Assembly (NCBI GenBank): GCA_028825115.1
Contig: JAPKAV010000005.1
Span: 1,563 to 65,562 of the forward strand
From: Candidatus Nanopelagicales bacterium
Lineage (GTDB): Bacteria > Actinomycetota > Actinomycetes > S36-B12
Reading direction: 5' to 3'
DNA: 64,000 nucleotides
Every line of letters starts with the position of its first letter. Positions within the stretch are counted from its first letter, which is position 1. The notes beneath the pieces were generated by a model. It searched no databases. It saw only the letters and a program-made list of their open reading frames with translations, and had not been told where the DNA came from. The position numbers were made by a program, and so were the translations under genes. Below are positions 8,869-18,470 of the stretch, piece after piece.

Positions 8869-10704
8869 TTATGCCTCCAAGATTGCGGCAACGAGTAGAT
8901 CGGCGCTGGCTTCTAGATCGCCAGTCCCACGGAGGATTAAGTCCGGTGACACCGGTGGTTCATAGATCTGTCCCACCCCCGTCATATTCGGCAAATTACC
9001 CGCCGCAGCCTTGGCGTAGAGCCCCTTAGGATCACGCTCGGCACATATATCAACCGGCGTATCGACGAACACTTCAACGAATTCGCCCTCAATGAAAAGT
9101 GAAGCAGCCGTTTCGCGGTCAGAGCGATACGGGGATACCAGAGCAACAAATACGACCACTCCACTATCGCGCATGAGTTTGCTCACCTCGGCAACCCGAC
9201 GCACATTTTCGGCCCGGTCCTCTGGTGTAAATCCAAGGTCCTTGTTCAATCCGGTTCGAACGTTGTCCCCGTCGAGGACATAAGTATGGATCCCCATTGC
9301 GTGCAACTTGCGCACTGCCGCATCAGCCATGGTCGATTTGCCAGACCCAGAAAGCCCGGTGAGCCACACAACTCGCGCCGGGTGCCCCATCAAAGCTGAT
9401 CGCGCTTGGTGGTCCACCTCGTAGTCATGGGGGACTAAATTAAAAGCTCTGCGCATAGCGTGACGAGAAAGTCCAGCAGCAACCGTGTCCGCGGTCACCC
9501 TGTCAACAAGTAGAAACCCACCTGTATCTCGGCACTGTCCATATGGGTCCATAGGAATTGGACGATCAGTCGCAATCTCAACGCGGCCAATATCATTCAT
9601 GTTCAACACGCGCGCAGCATGCTCGTGCCCAGAGACAACGTCGAGCCGGTGTCGCACGTTAGTCACAGTTGCAGGAACCGAGCGCGAACCTGAAATCAGC
9701 AAATACGAGCGACCGTGTGCCAGCGGCTCCTCTCCCAACCAGACCATGTCGACACCGAAGCGATCAGCAGGTTGAAGGGAGCCTGATGCCAAAATATCGC
9801 CGCGCGTGATATCTACTTCATGATCGAGGGTGAGGGTGACAGCTTGGCCGTACTTAGCCTCCTGCAGGTCACCATCAGATGTCACAATCCGATCAATTCT
9901 GGCAATGCTTCCTGAATCGGCCACCATGACTTCATCTCCAGGGCGTACTGAGCCGGCGACAACAGTTCCTGCATAACCGCGGAAGTTGCCTTGCGCGCGA
10001 ACAATGAATTGAACCGGGAATCTAAAGCCTTCATTGGCGACTCGACCGACGGGCTCCCAGGCGGCAAGGGCTCCAAGTAAAGATTCACCTTTGTACCAAG
10101 GCATGTCATCAGATTTCGTGGTGATGTTGGCACCCGTCACTGCACTTACCGGAATGCCATCAATTTGTTCCACACCTAGTCGCGCCGCCGTGGTTCGCAC
10201 CTCACCCATGACTTCCTCAAAAACTTCGTGGGAAAAATCCACTAGGTCCATTTTATTGACTGCGACGATAATGGTCTGCACACCCATCAGCGCACACACT
10301 GTGAGGTGTCGGTGCGTTTGCGGGCGAACTCCACGGGCCGCATCAACCAGAAGCACGGCAACGTCACCATTTGAAGCCGCGACCGCCATATTTCTGGTGT
10401 ACTGCTCGTGACCGGGAGAGTCAGCGATCAGCACTCGTCGACCATTAGCCAGGTTCAGGTGTCGGTAAGCCACGTCAATCGTGATGCCCTGCTCTCGCTC
10501 AGCTTCGAGGCCATCGGTAAGAAGTGAATAATCAACTTCGCCCACGGGCACCGTGGAACCGCCACGCCGAGTCGTTCGAGCGTATTCCAATTGATCAATG
10601 GGAACGCTGTCAGTCTCAACAAGGAGCCGGCCAATCAGGGTGGATTTTCCGTCGTCGACTGAACCACACGTAACTAGGTGAAGAACTGGTGTGTACCCAC
10701 TCAT
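8869..10704 (-). CDS. cysNC: bifunctional sulfate adenylyltransferase subunit 1 (GTPase) / adenylylsulfate kinase
   Basis: 611 aa. N-terminal EF-Tu-like GTPase ([28 protein letters not shown]). C-terminal APS kinase with P-loop [11 protein letters not shown]. Confidence 0.9.
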   Translation of the reverse strand: MSGYTPVLHLVTCGSVDDGKSTLIGRLLVETDSVPIDQLEYARTTRRGGSTVPVGEVDYSLLTDGLEAEREQGITIDVAYRHLNLANGRRVLIADSPGHEQYTRNMAVAASNGDVAVLLVDAARGVRPQTHRHLTVCALMGVQTIIVAVNKMDLVDFSHEVFEEVMGEVRTTAARLGVEQIDGIPVSAVTGANITTKSDDMPWYKGESLLGALAAWEPVGRVANEGFRFPVQFIVRAQGNFRGYAGTVVAGSVRPGDEVMVADSGSIARIDRIVTSDGDLQEAKYGQAVTLTLDHEVDITRGDILASGSLQPADRFGVDMVWLGEEPLAHGRSYLLISGSRSVPATVTNVRHRLDVVSGHEHAARVLNMNDIGRVEIATDRPIPMDPYGQCRDTGGFLLVDRVTADTVAAGLSRHAMRRAFNLVPHDYEVDHQARSALMGHPARVVWLTGLSGSGKSTMADAAVRKLHAMGIHTYVLDGDNVRTGLNKDLGFTPEDRAENVRRVAEVSKLMRDSGVVVFVALVSPYRSDRETAASLFIEGEFVEVFVDTPVDICAERDPKGLYAKAAAGNLPNMTGVGQIYEPPVSPDLILRGTGDLEASADLLVAAILEA

Positions 10705-11618
10705 TAGAAATAGCCTTCAGCTTTCTTAGCTTCCATTGAGCCGCCGCCTTCGCCGTCGATAAGGCGGCCTGAGCGCTCGGATAATTTGCTGGTTTCCATT
10801 TCCGCGATCAGGTCGACCAAGTTGTCCGCGGTAGACTCAACCGCTCCTGAAAGGGGATAGCAACCGAGTGTCCGAAACCGCACACTCTTCATTTCGGATA
10901 CTTCACCCTGATCAAGCGGGAAGCGTTCGTCGTCAACCATGAGCAGGGTGCCCCCTCGCTCTACAACAGGCCGTTTCTTTGCGAAATATAAATCTGGGAT
11001 TTCAATGTTTTCCCGTTGGATATAGCGCCAAATATCAAGCTCGGTCCAATTGGAAAGCGGAAACACGCGCATACTTTGCTCAGGCGCCAATTGAGTGTTG
11101 GCGGTACGCCAAAACTCCGGGCGCTGCTTGCGTGGGTCCCATCGGTGCCCCGGCTCGCGGAGTGAATAAATGCGCTCCTTTGCCCGGCTTCGTTCTTCAT
11201 CTCTACGCGCACCACCCAAAGCTGCATCAAATTGATACCGATCAATTCCTTCGCGCAATGCCACAGTTTTCATCAGCCGGGTGTACTCGTGGGTTCCGTG
11301 CGAAAAAGGCGTAACCCCTTCAGCGATCGCTTCCAAATTTTGTGCGATGCGTAGATCCAAGCCCAGATCTTGGGCTCGTTTGTCTCTAAATTCAATCATT
11401 TCCCTAAATTTCCAGGTCGTATCAATATGCATCACCGGGAATGGCACGGGCGCTGGGTAAAAAGCTTTGATTGACAGGTGCAACAAGACCGAGGAGTCCT
11501 TACCGATGCTGTAGAGCAGTACCGGATTGCGAAATGCCGCTGCGGTTTCACGGAATATGTGAATAGCTTCGGCCTCAAGTTCGTCCAGAACGGCGGAGTA
11601 CGGCACAGTTTGATGCAC
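10704..11618 (-). CDS. cysD: sulfate adenylyltransferase subunit 2
   Basis: 304 aa PAPS-reductase-fold CysD ([15 protein letters not shown], ...[14 protein letters not shown]). GTG start with AAGGAG 7 nt upstream. 1-nt overlap with the cysNC start. Confidence 0.9.
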   Translation of the reverse strand: MHQTVPYSAVLDELEAEAIHIFRETAAAFRNPVLLYSIGKDSSVLLHLSIKAFYPAPVPFPVMHIDTTWKFREMIEFRDKRAQDLGLDLRIAQNLEAIAEGVTPFSHGTHEYTRLMKTVALREGIDRYQFDAALGGARRDEERSRAKERIYSLREPGHRWDPRKQRPEFWRTANTQLAPEQSMRVFPLSNWTELDIWRYIQRENIEIPDLYFAKKRPVVERGGTLLMVDDERFPLDQGEVSEMKSVRFRTLGCYPLSGAVESTADNLVDLIAEMETSKLSERSGRLIDGEGGGSMEAKKAEGYF

Positions 11619-11723
11619 TCGATTACTCCTTACGAATAATTTTCGATGGGCTGACGATTGGTCTACTTATAAGCCTAGGGCCGTGGTGGCCGTTGGGTGC
11701 GACCGACATAGAGCAAAGCCCAA

Positions 11724-12506
11724 CTAGGCCTCAGAAAGAACTTCCATGCGCGAATCCATGCCCGAATCCATAGAAGCGCTCGCCGCTTCCCGGCTCGCCC
11801 GCTTACTCATGGCCGACTCATTTCCTGCGGACATTAGCTCTGGATCTAGGTGTGGCGAATCGATGCCGGTAACTGGGTTACGCGCCGAGATCCACGAATC
11901 TAAAGCTGGACCGGATTCATAGGAGGTAATCAGGCAGTAACGTGGCACTACGCCCTGATGCCAGACCGCATGGTAGAGCCGTTGGGTGTCAATAACGACT
12001 TGGGCTCCCGCTGGAAGAGGCACCCGGACTTCGGTTGCGGGGTCATCGCGATCTTCGCGCAAAATCATGACCGAATCAGAATCCGCCGTCAAGTTGCAGA
12101 AGGAGCGAACGATCCAGCCTGTTCCTTCAGGGTTAAGCCGGTTGTTGTCGTCCCGGTGCAAATTGTAGACCGCATCAGCGTAGGTATTCGGCTGCAACTC
12201 AATCACCCGGCAACGACCCACATTCGCACCCACTTCCTGAGCCCGCGCCGTCAAAATTGGAGCGATGTCAATATTTTCCTGCACCCACACACCATCTTTG
12301 TCCGTCTTGGGCGGGGTGTGATTCCAAAATCCGTCACACTCCATATCGCCATACGCACTGGCCAGCGGGGCGAATCGAGTATCGCCGGATGACTTCCAGT
12401 CAACAAAAACCAAGTTTTCCCATTCGCGGGGGTCGGCATTTTGGTTATAGGAATCAACGATTACGTATCCGGATTCGTCAAACACCGGCAATTTAGTGTG
12501 CGTCAT
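11724..12506 (-). CDS. hypothetical protein, cupin / Fe(II)-2-oxoglutarate oxygenase-like (HxD...H triad)
   Basis: 260 aa with no family I can name. Contains LHRDD, then 59 residues, then YHAVWH followed by R 10 residues later (PRY). That spacing fits a 2-His-1-carboxylate facial triad plus a 2OG-binding Arg. Low-complexity Ser/Ala/Met tail (ASREAASASMDSGMDSRMEV). The function is inference only. Confidence 0.5.
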   Translation of the reverse strand: MTHTKLPVFDESGYVIVDSYNQNADPREWENLVFVDWKSSGDTRFAPLASAYGDMECDGFWNHTPPKTDKDGVWVQENIDIAPILTARAQEVGANVGRCRVIELQPNTYADAVYNLHRDDNNRLNPEGTGWIVRSFCNLTADSDSVMILREDRDDPATEVRVPLPAGAQVVIDTQRLYHAVWHQGVVPRYCLITSYESGPALDSWISARNPVTGIDSPHLDPELMSAGNESAMSKRASREAASASMDSGMDSRMEVLSEA

Positions 12507-12585
12507 GGTCTCATTTTCGCACTTCGTGCTGGCCGATGGGCCACTCGGGGGGCGTGTTGTCCAGCATTTTTACTTAAAAATGAAA

Positions 12586-13335
12586 CTAAATTACCTGCGA
12601 GTACAAACACAATGCGGCGCTTACAGCAGCATTGAGCGATTCGACGCCAGTATCCATCGGAATCCGAACTTGAGAGAAGCTCCACTTACCGGAAACCCAT
12701 GTTTCGCTCACTCCATGGGCTTCTGAACCAATGACCCAGATCGGGTTGCCGGTGCCCACGACCGTTTCCGGGCCCAGTTCAACTGTGGCCTGCGCGCTGA
12801 GCACGAAAACCGAGCGATCACGTGGCAATACCTCAGGGCCCGCCAATTGAGCGATCGGTACATGAAACAGTGACCCGGCGCTGCTGCGAACCACTTTTGA
12901 GTTGAATGGGTCCACGCACGAACCGAACGTCAATATCCCTGCAGCACCTGCGGCGTGCGCGGTTCGAATGATAGTTCCCATATTGCCAGGGTCTGCCAGG
13001 GAATCAACCACCACTATCTGACCTGGGCTGGACAAGATTTCAGTGGGGTCGCGGTTAACAATCGAGCACAATGCCAACACACCTTGGGGTGATTCGGACT
13101 CACATAGTGCACTCATGGCCTCACTGGACACCAATGTTGTGGAAGTATCAAAACTCTCAAATTGCTCAAGATATTCCTCGGTCAGGAACAACTCTTCGAT
13201 CTGGTCACCGGGAGCCATCGCAACCACAGCTGGGCCTTCTGCAAGGAACTGCCCAGCTGCGTACCGAGACGACTTCTTGTGGAGTTTACTTAATTCTTTA
13301 ACCCGCTCTGACTTACGCGAGGTTATGGTGCGCAA
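12586..13335 (-). CDS. TrmH/SpoU-family RNA 2'-O-methyltransferase (TsnR-like)
   Basis: 249 aa. SpoU methylase motifs (DSLADPGNMGTIIRTA, IGSEAHGVS, PMDTGVESLNAAVSAAL). Located directly after rplT, as in other Actinobacteria. Confidence 0.8.
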   Translation of the reverse strand: MRTITSRKSERVKELSKLHKKSSRYAAGQFLAEGPAVVAMAPGDQIEELFLTEEYLEQFESFDTSTTLVSSEAMSALCESESPQGVLALCSIVNRDPTEILSSPGQIVVVDSLADPGNMGTIIRTAHAAGAAGILTFGSCVDPFNSKVVRSSAGSLFHVPIAQLAGPEVLPRDRSVFVLSAQATVELGPETVVGTGNPIWVIGSEAHGVSETWVSGKWSFSQVRIPMDTGVESLNAAVSAALCLYSQVI

Positions 13336-13704
13336 CTATGCACTCTGCGCGGTAATCGCGTCGCGAGCGACTTCAATCAATGCGGCGAAAGCAGCTTCGT
13401 CATTCACAGCGAGTTCGGCCAACATGCGACGATCGACTTCAATGTCAGCGGCCTTCAAGCCCTGGATAAAACGATTATAAGTCATGTCGTGGGAGCGAGC
13501 TGCGGCGTTGATGCGCTGAATCCATAGCCGACGAAAATCACCTTTGCGCTTGCGACGGTCCGCATAGGCGTAGACCATGGAGTGGGTGACCTGCTCCTTG
13601 GCCTTTCGATACAAACGTGAACGTTGCCCACGGTAACCGGAAGCGCGCTCGAGAACTACCCGACGCTTCTTATGCGCATTTACTGAACGCTTTACGCGTG
13701 CCAT
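13336..13704 (-). CDS. rplT: 50S ribosomal protein L20
   Basis: [38 protein letters not shown] is a canonical L20 N-terminus. Confidence 0.97.
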   Translation of the reverse strand: MARVKRSVNAHKKRRVVLERASGYRGQRSRLYRKAKEQVTHSMVYAYADRRKRKGDFRRLWIQRINAAARSHDMTYNRFIQGLKAADIEVDRRMLAELAVNDEAAFAALIEVARDAITAQSA

Positions 13705-13780
13705 AACTTCTCCTGAATGTTTGTGAGTTGAAAGATATTTATTTGTACTTTGCTAGTGAAAGCTTTTCTCGGTTCGGTAC

Positions 13781-13975
13781 TTAGCGACCTAGCATTTTCT
13801 TCACCCGTTTTAGGTCCGCTGGTGCAACTTCAAGATCAGCTGCCAGGCGACGGGTGCGCTTACTTGACTTGACTTCGAGCAAGTGGCGACGGTTAGCTTG
13901 CTCGCGCATGATTTTTCCAGAACCGGTGACCTTGAAACGCTTCTTGGCACCGCTATGTGTTTTTTGCTTCGGCAT
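13781..13975 (-). CDS. rpmI: 50S ribosomal protein L35
   Basis: [34 protein letters not shown] is canonical L35. Confidence 0.97.
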   Translation of the reverse strand: MPKQKTHSGAKKRFKVTGSGKIMREQANRRHLLEVKSSKRTRRLAADLEVAPADLKRVKKMLGR

Positions 13976-13986
13976 TATCTTTCCTT

Positions 13987-14568
13987 TCAGTCCGTTTCCT
14001 GCGAAACAGGAGCAGCGTCGGGTCCAGGAGTGTTCTCCTGCTTCTTTCCTTCAGACTTTTTCCGCAGCGGTGCAAGCACCATGAGCATGTTGCGCCCATC
14101 TTGCTTTGGAGCAGCCTCTACAAATCCAATTTCAGCAACATCTTCGGCTAGGCGACCAAGTAGCTTGATTCCAAGCTCAGGCCTGCTCTGCTCACGTCCA
14201 CGGAACATAATCGTGATCTTTACTTTGTCTCCACCCAAGAGGAAACGCATCACATGGCCCTTTTTTGTTTCGTAATCATGTGAATCAATCTTGGGTCGAA
14301 GCTTCATTTCTTTAATCACGGTATGCGACTGGTTCCTGCGCGATTCACGGTCCTTGAGAGCTGCTTCGTATTTGAATTTGCCAAAATCCATGATCTTGCA
14401 CACGGGTGGTTTTGACGTGGGCGCAACTTCAACAAGGTCCAGATCTGCTTCAATTGCAAGACGGAGGGCGTCTTCAATCTTGACAATCCCTACCTGCTCG
14501 CCCGCGGGTCCCACGAGGCGCACCTCAGGGACACGGATCCGGTCGTTGATCCTTGGTTCGACGCTGAT
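13987..14568 (-). CDS. infC: translation initiation factor IF-3 (non-canonical ATC start)
   Basis: IF-3 N- and C-domains ([42 protein letters not shown]). The conserved [10 protein letters not shown] lies upstream of the ORF-track GTG. The in-frame ATC at 14568 has GGAGG 4 nt upstream and gives [18 protein letters not shown]. Confidence 0.88.
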   Translation of the reverse strand: MSVEPRINDRIRVPEVRLVGPAGEQVGIVKIEDALRLAIEADLDLVEVAPTSKPPVCKIMDFGKFKYEAALKDRESRRNQSHTVIKEMKLRPKIDSHDYETKKGHVMRFLLGGDKVKITIMFRGREQSRPELGIKLLGRLAEDVAEIGFVEAAPKQDGRNMLMVLAPLRKKSEGKKQENTPGPDAAPVSQETD

Positions 14569-14618
14569 GGCGCCTCCTATCAGTTGACAATAAATCTACG
14601 TTGCTGATCCCCCGCACC

Positions 14619-14648
14619 AAAAAACCTCCGGCGCAGCGCGCACGGAGG
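14619..14648 (-). terminator. intrinsic terminator/attenuator about 50 nt upstream of infC
   Basis: The minus strand reads CCTCCG-tGCGCgctGCGC-CGGAGG followed by TTTTTT. That is about 10 GC-rich bp with one bulge, then a U6 tract. Confidence 0.6.
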
Positions 14649-14892
14649 AATCGGCAGGATTAGGAGATCCTGAAGCATGACGCCCCGAAGGACTCATGCC
14701 TTAACCGGAAAGACTCTCTCTTGTGTGCACGCATGCACAAATCGACTTGTCTTCTGGTGGGAACCGACGCTCCGCTTGCCAGACCTGGGTCTCACCCCAA
14801 ACCTAAGACTACTTAGGGTAACAGGTAGGAATGAGGACAATTCCTCAGGCCTAGACATTGCCAAGATACCCGCCGTCGAAGCGGGGTTCAGC
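14649..14892 (-). promoter_or_regulatory. hairpin-dense non-coding region: candidate infC-rpmI-rplT leader or small RNA
   Basis: Longest non-coding stretch in the window apart from the carAB pseudogene locus. It holds consecutive perfect short hairpins: TGAGGA/TCCTCA (14832-14847), CCTAAG/CTTAGG (14802-14817), TGTGCA/TGCACA (14723-14738), GCATGA..GTCC-UUCG-GGGC..TCATGC (14675-14699) and CAGGAT/ATCCTG (14655-14672). It ends at the terminator above. Confidence 0.3.
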
Positions 14893-15618
14893 CTATTCAC
14901 CTGATCTCTCCCGCTCGTACATCGCGATTCCTGCCGGCACGAAGCTATGTAGGGCAAAATTCGTCTGAACAATTTCGCGCACACGCTCCAACATGGAATT
15001 TGGTACGTCGAGTTGCAACACTCCATCCGGACGCTGAAAGAAAGTCACCAGCTCACACACTTCGCCAAGGAGCCCCTGTAACAGGTGAACTGCTCTTTCT
15101 CGCTGATCTCGTCCAGACAGGGCCACTAAGTCGGGTAACGTGAAAGTCGTTGCACGCGGGCCCGCAAGATCAAGGATAAGCGCCTGCGCATTCTCATCAA
15201 GTGCCGCTTCTGCTGCCTCGGGGGCAGAAATGGGTACCGGCCTCGCTCTAGGATTCCATTCTGCCAACGAATCAAGACCCGTGAAACCCAAAAGTCCCAA
15301 CCGACCATCGGTTGCCCTTAAGCACGCCACGCTCATATCTGAGCTCTTATCCCCGGCACTTGGCTGACCGGCGGTTTCGGCAACAAGTGCGATAAAAATT
15401 CGCGAAAAAGAGAGCGCCGTCAACAAGGGACCAATTTCCCCATTTGACAGCGCTACCTCCAGCATCGGGTCCACCTCGCCCAGGTCATGTGAGAACTTGG
15501 ACTGGAAGTCCCCAAGCTTCGCCCCATGCCCACGATCACTTTCGCCGCTTTTGGCATGCTCGTGCATATCGATACTGTACGCAAGGGAGAATGCGCGCGT
15601 GACATCTGCGTTAAACAA
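14893..15618 (-). CDS. SseB-family protein (putative)
   Basis: 241 aa. Its pattern (LGLLGFTGLDSLAEWNP..RPVPISAPEAAEAAL...ALILDLAGP) resembles the SseB N-terminal domain proteins found near infC in Actinobacteria. The start is uncertain; the internal ATG at about 15465 (MLEVALSNGE) is possible. Confidence 0.5.
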   Translation of the reverse strand: MFNADVTRAFSLAYSIDMHEHAKSGESDRGHGAKLGDFQSKFSHDLGEVDPMLEVALSNGEIGPLLTALSFSRIFIALVAETAGQPSAGDKSSDMSVACLRATDGRLGLLGFTGLDSLAEWNPRARPVPISAPEAAEAALDENAQALILDLAGPRATTFTLPDLVALSGRDQRERAVHLLQGLLGEVCELVTFFQRPDGVLQLDVPNSMLERVREIVQTNFALHSFVPAGIAMYERERSGE

Positions 15619-15652
15619 TCAGACCGGAACCGCAAAAGCGCCCCCATCGTGG

Positions 15653-16801
15653 ATGGTGCTTACCGCTGTCGCCCTAGTGGCCGTGAACCTGCGCCCCGTC
15701 CTATCAAGCCTTCCCACTCTTACCAGTGACATTGTCGCAACTACTGGTTGGAGCTCCGCAACAATAGGAGTCCTCACAACAATCCCAGTTTTATGCATGG
15801 GAATTTTCGCACTCACCGTTCCCGCGCTGGCCATGCGCTTTGGTCGCAAGCACTTAGTGATCTTGGCTCTGGTCTCTTTAAGCGCCGCAACTATACTCCG
15901 AGCGGTAGAAGCAGTACCCGAATTGCTCTTTCTTTCAGCTTTTCTTGCGGGAGTTGGAATCGCATTTGTCGCCGGACTCATCCCCGGAATCGTAAGGGAA
16001 CAGCTCCCCCACGCCCTCGGTACGGCAACATCAACCTGGATCGCCGCCCTTATGGTCGGGGCCGCACTAGGTGGGGCGTTCACCGTGCCCATTGCACAAT
16101 GGCTTGGGTCATGGTCTCTCGCACTGGCGTTCTGGGCGATCCCGGCGCTAATAGCGCTGGCAGCCTGGACCTACACCGAACGCAACTCCCCCGCCCATGA
16201 TCGGCCCTCAGCGATAGTACGGATCCGAGAATTGCCATGGCGAAACAAAATCGCCTGGGCGTTGGCACTGAGCATGGCCCTCAACTCAATCATCTTTTAC
16301 AGTTCACTCGCTTGGATTGCGCCTTCCTACCAAGCTCGTGGCTGGACCCAGGAGGATGCCGGATGGCTCTTTGGTCTCTTCACCAGCGCTCAGGTTGTGG
16401 CCGGTTTCTTGCTCGTCGCACTAGCCGTACGGGTAAGACATCGTCGGACACTATTTACCATCGCGATCGTGGCAACTTCAATTGCGCTCATCTCAATGGC
16501 TTGGCTGCCCGACTTCTTGCCTTGGCTGATTCTCTCGATTCTCGGTTTTTTCCTGAGCGGCACATTCGCAATGACCCTCGGACTGATCAGCGAGTACAGC
16601 AAGGATTCAGCCAGTGCTGCTCGACTCTCCGCGATGACGTTCTTTGTTACTTACTCGGTCGCTGCTGCCGGCCCATTAATTGCCGGAGTGCTCCTTGACT
16701 ATTTTGATTCATGGTCAATGGTTTTCACAATCTTGGCCGGCGTTTCTGTGCTGCAACTACTCACGGTTCTGCCACTCCGTCGAAATGTTCACGTCGACTA
16801 A
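15653..16801 (+). CDS. MFS transporter (CynX/NimT-like)
   Basis: About 12 predicted TM helices and an MFS loop motif (MRFGRK). Start moved to ATG 15653 (MVLTAVALVAV). The ORF-track start at 15497 overlaps the divergent gene and encodes a non-membrane, Cys/Ser-rich extension. Confidence 0.8.
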   Translation: MVLTAVALVAVNLRPVLSSLPTLTSDIVATTGWSSATIGVLTTIPVLCMGIFALTVPALAMRFGRKHLVILALVSLSAATILRAVEAVPELLFLSAFLAGVGIAFVAGLIPGIVREQLPHALGTATSTWIAALMVGAALGGAFTVPIAQWLGSWSLALAFWAIPALIALAAWTYTERNSPAHDRPSAIVRIRELPWRNKIAWALALSMALNSIIFYSSLAWIAPSYQARGWTQEDAGWLFGLFTSAQVVAGFLLVALAVRVRHRRTLFTIAIVATSIALISMAWLPDFLPWLILSILGFFLSGTFAMTLGLISEYSKDSASAARLSAMTFFVTYSVAAAGPLIAGVLLDYFDSWSMVFTILAGVSVLQLLTVLPLRRNVHVD

Positions 16802-17643
16802 AGCCTGCACGCCTGAATGTCGGTTACCAGGATGCCCTTTGCCCCTAGTTCAAATAGTTCATCCATAATGCGATGCACATCGATGCTGAGAACCATTGCA
16901 CGTACTGCAGACCATGCTGGATCTTGCAGCGCAGAAATTGTTGGTGATTCAATACCTGGGGTGATCTTGCACGCTTGGGGCAACCGATCATTTGGTATAT
17001 CAAAATCAACCAATACATATGATCTCGCCACGTTTACACTATGTAGCCGTCTGACAAAGGTCTCTTGTGACTGCGTCCTCTCGGATTTCTCAGGTCGAAT
17101 CACAATCGCTTCCGACTCTAAAATCGGATCCCCCAGCCATTCCAGTCCGGCGGCACGCAATGTGGCGCCAGTATCCACCACGTCAGCTACGGCATCGGCA
17201 ACGCCAAGTGCTACCGCGTTTTCGACTGCGCCATCAAGGCGAACGATTTGGCCTGAAATCTGGAACCGATCTAGCCAGGCGCGTAGAAGGCCTTCATAGG
17301 AAGTGGCGATTCTCTTGCCATTGAGCTCTGCACGTGAACTCATAGAACCTTTGGGGACAGCCAATCGAAATGTGGATGGAGCAAAGCCAAGCTGCATTAT
17401 TTCCTGCGCCGGAGCTCCGCTATCGAGCAGCATGTCTCGGCCGGTGATTCCCAAGTCAATGGTTCCCGCGCCAACATAAATCGCAACGTCTTTTGGACGA
17501 AGGAAGAAGAACTCAACCTCGTTTGCCAAGTCGGTTACGGTAAGTGCGCTGGCATTAAGTGAGGCCAGATAACCTGCTTCCTTAAGAAGTTGCGCAGCCG
17601 GCTGGGCCAATTGCCCCTTATTAGGGATTGCAACCCGCAACAT
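16798..17643 (-). CDS. hisG: ATP phosphoribosyltransferase (long form)
   Basis: MLRVAIPNKGQLAQPA..., DLGITGRDML, C-terminal regulatory domain. 281 aa. Confidence 0.93.
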   Translation of the reverse strand: MLRVAIPNKGQLAQPAAQLLKEAGYLASLNASALTVTDLANEVEFFFLRPKDVAIYVGAGTIDLGITGRDMLLDSGAPAQEIMQLGFAPSTFRLAVPKGSMSSRAELNGKRIATSYEGLLRAWLDRFQISGQIVRLDGAVENAVALGVADAVADVVDTGATLRAAGLEWLGDPILESEAIVIRPEKSERTQSQETFVRRLHSVNVARSYVLVDFDIPNDRLPQACKITPGIESPTISALQDPAWSAVRAMVLSIDVHRIMDELFELGAKGILVTDIQACRL

Positions 17644-17672
17644 GGCGTGCCCCTTCGGTTCGGAAAATGGGT

Positions 17673-17954
17673 CTATAGATTCTTGTAAATATCTTGAATG
17701 CTTAATTCATGTGTATGCATGAGTATTTCAAGGTGATAAATCAATTGTGAAATTTCCAGTGCCAACGCTTCTTTGCCTTGGTATTCCGCCGCCATCCAAA
17801 CTTCCGCCGCCTCCTCAACGATCTTCTTCCCAATCGCATGTGTGCCCGCCTGAACGAGGCGAACTGATGCTGAATTGGCATCGCCCGAGGCAAGTTTGCC
17901 AGACAGCTCTAGATAAAGGTCTTCAAAAGTTTTCGTCGAGGGCGTGTGCGTCAC
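17673..17954 (-). CDS. hisE: phosphoribosyl-ATP pyrophosphatase
   Basis: 93 aa MazG-like HisE (FEDLYLEL...KKIVEEAAEVWMAAE...EISQLIYHL). Confidence 0.9.
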   Translation of the reverse strand: MTHTPSTKTFEDLYLELSGKLASGDANSASVRLVQAGTHAIGKKIVEEAAEVWMAAEYQGKEALALEISQLIYHLEILMHTHELSIQDIYKNL

Positions 17955-17963
17955 GCTACAACT

Positions 17964-18470
17964 CTACCGAAAGTCGGTTGCACTTGAGCTTCCCGTCAGC
18001 GCGAACGTGTCCCGCGCCAACAAGGCCATGGAAAGGGCAGCCCCCACCGCCTCTGATCCCTTGTCTTGAGGGGAATCCGCAAAACCCGCTCGGTCAAGCG
18101 CTTCCTGCTCACTATCGACTGTCAGTAGGGCAAACCCAATCGGTATCTGGCTGTCAAGGCCCACTCGGAGCAAACCCTGAGTCGCTGCGCTGCAGACATA
18201 TTCAAAATGTGGCGTGCCACCACGAATCACCACGCCGAGGGCAATCAACGCGTCAAATTTCCCGCTTCGGGCCGCAAGTTGGGCCCCAAGGGGTAATTCA
18301 AATGCGCCGGGAACCTGGATTAGTTCATACGTAGAGCCGGCTTGATCACAAGCTCGAGTGGCACCGCCGATTAAGCCGTTCAGCACGACCTCATGCCATT
18401 GCGCGGCAATTATGCACGTGCGAAGACCTTCCGCGTTCAAGTCCAAATGTGGAGCACTTCCGCCACTCAT
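17964..18470 (-). CDS. ribH: 6,7-dimethyl-8-ribityllumazine synthase
   Basis: 168 aa. VPGAFELP, VIRGGTPHFEYV. ATGA overlap with the ribE stop. Confidence 0.93.
   Translation of the reverse strand: MSGGSAPHLDLNAEGLRTCIIAAQWHEVVLNGLIGGATRACDQAGSTYELIQVPGAFELPLGAQLAARSGKFDALIALGVVIRGGTPHFEYVCSAATQGLLRVGLDSQIPIGFALLTVDSEQEALDRAGFADSPQDKGSEAVGAALSMALLARDTFALTGSSSATDFR

Noticed and set aside
14649-14892. tmRNA, SRP RNA, RNase P RNA, 6S RNA or a tRNA in the infC upstream gap
   Set aside because: I could not find the diagnostic motifs. There is no tRNA-like acceptor/T-arm with CCA, no GGAA/GNRA-capped SRP helix 8 with a symmetric loop, and no GAGGAAAGUCC RNase P core. The region is too short for tmRNA or RNase P. 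Its architecture is several short hairpins, not the one long irregular helix of 6S RNA.
14677-15026. ORFs 14677-14904 (+) and 14694-15026 (-) as protein-coding genes
   Set aside because: Their composition is Cys/Arg/Ser-rich and not protein-like. They run through the palindromic hairpins and the terminator, and one overlaps the SseB-like gene.
15497-15652. N-terminal 52-aa extension of the MFS transporter ORF
   Set aside because: It overlaps the divergent gene on the other strand, is not hydrophobic, and is followed by a good ATG directly before TM1.
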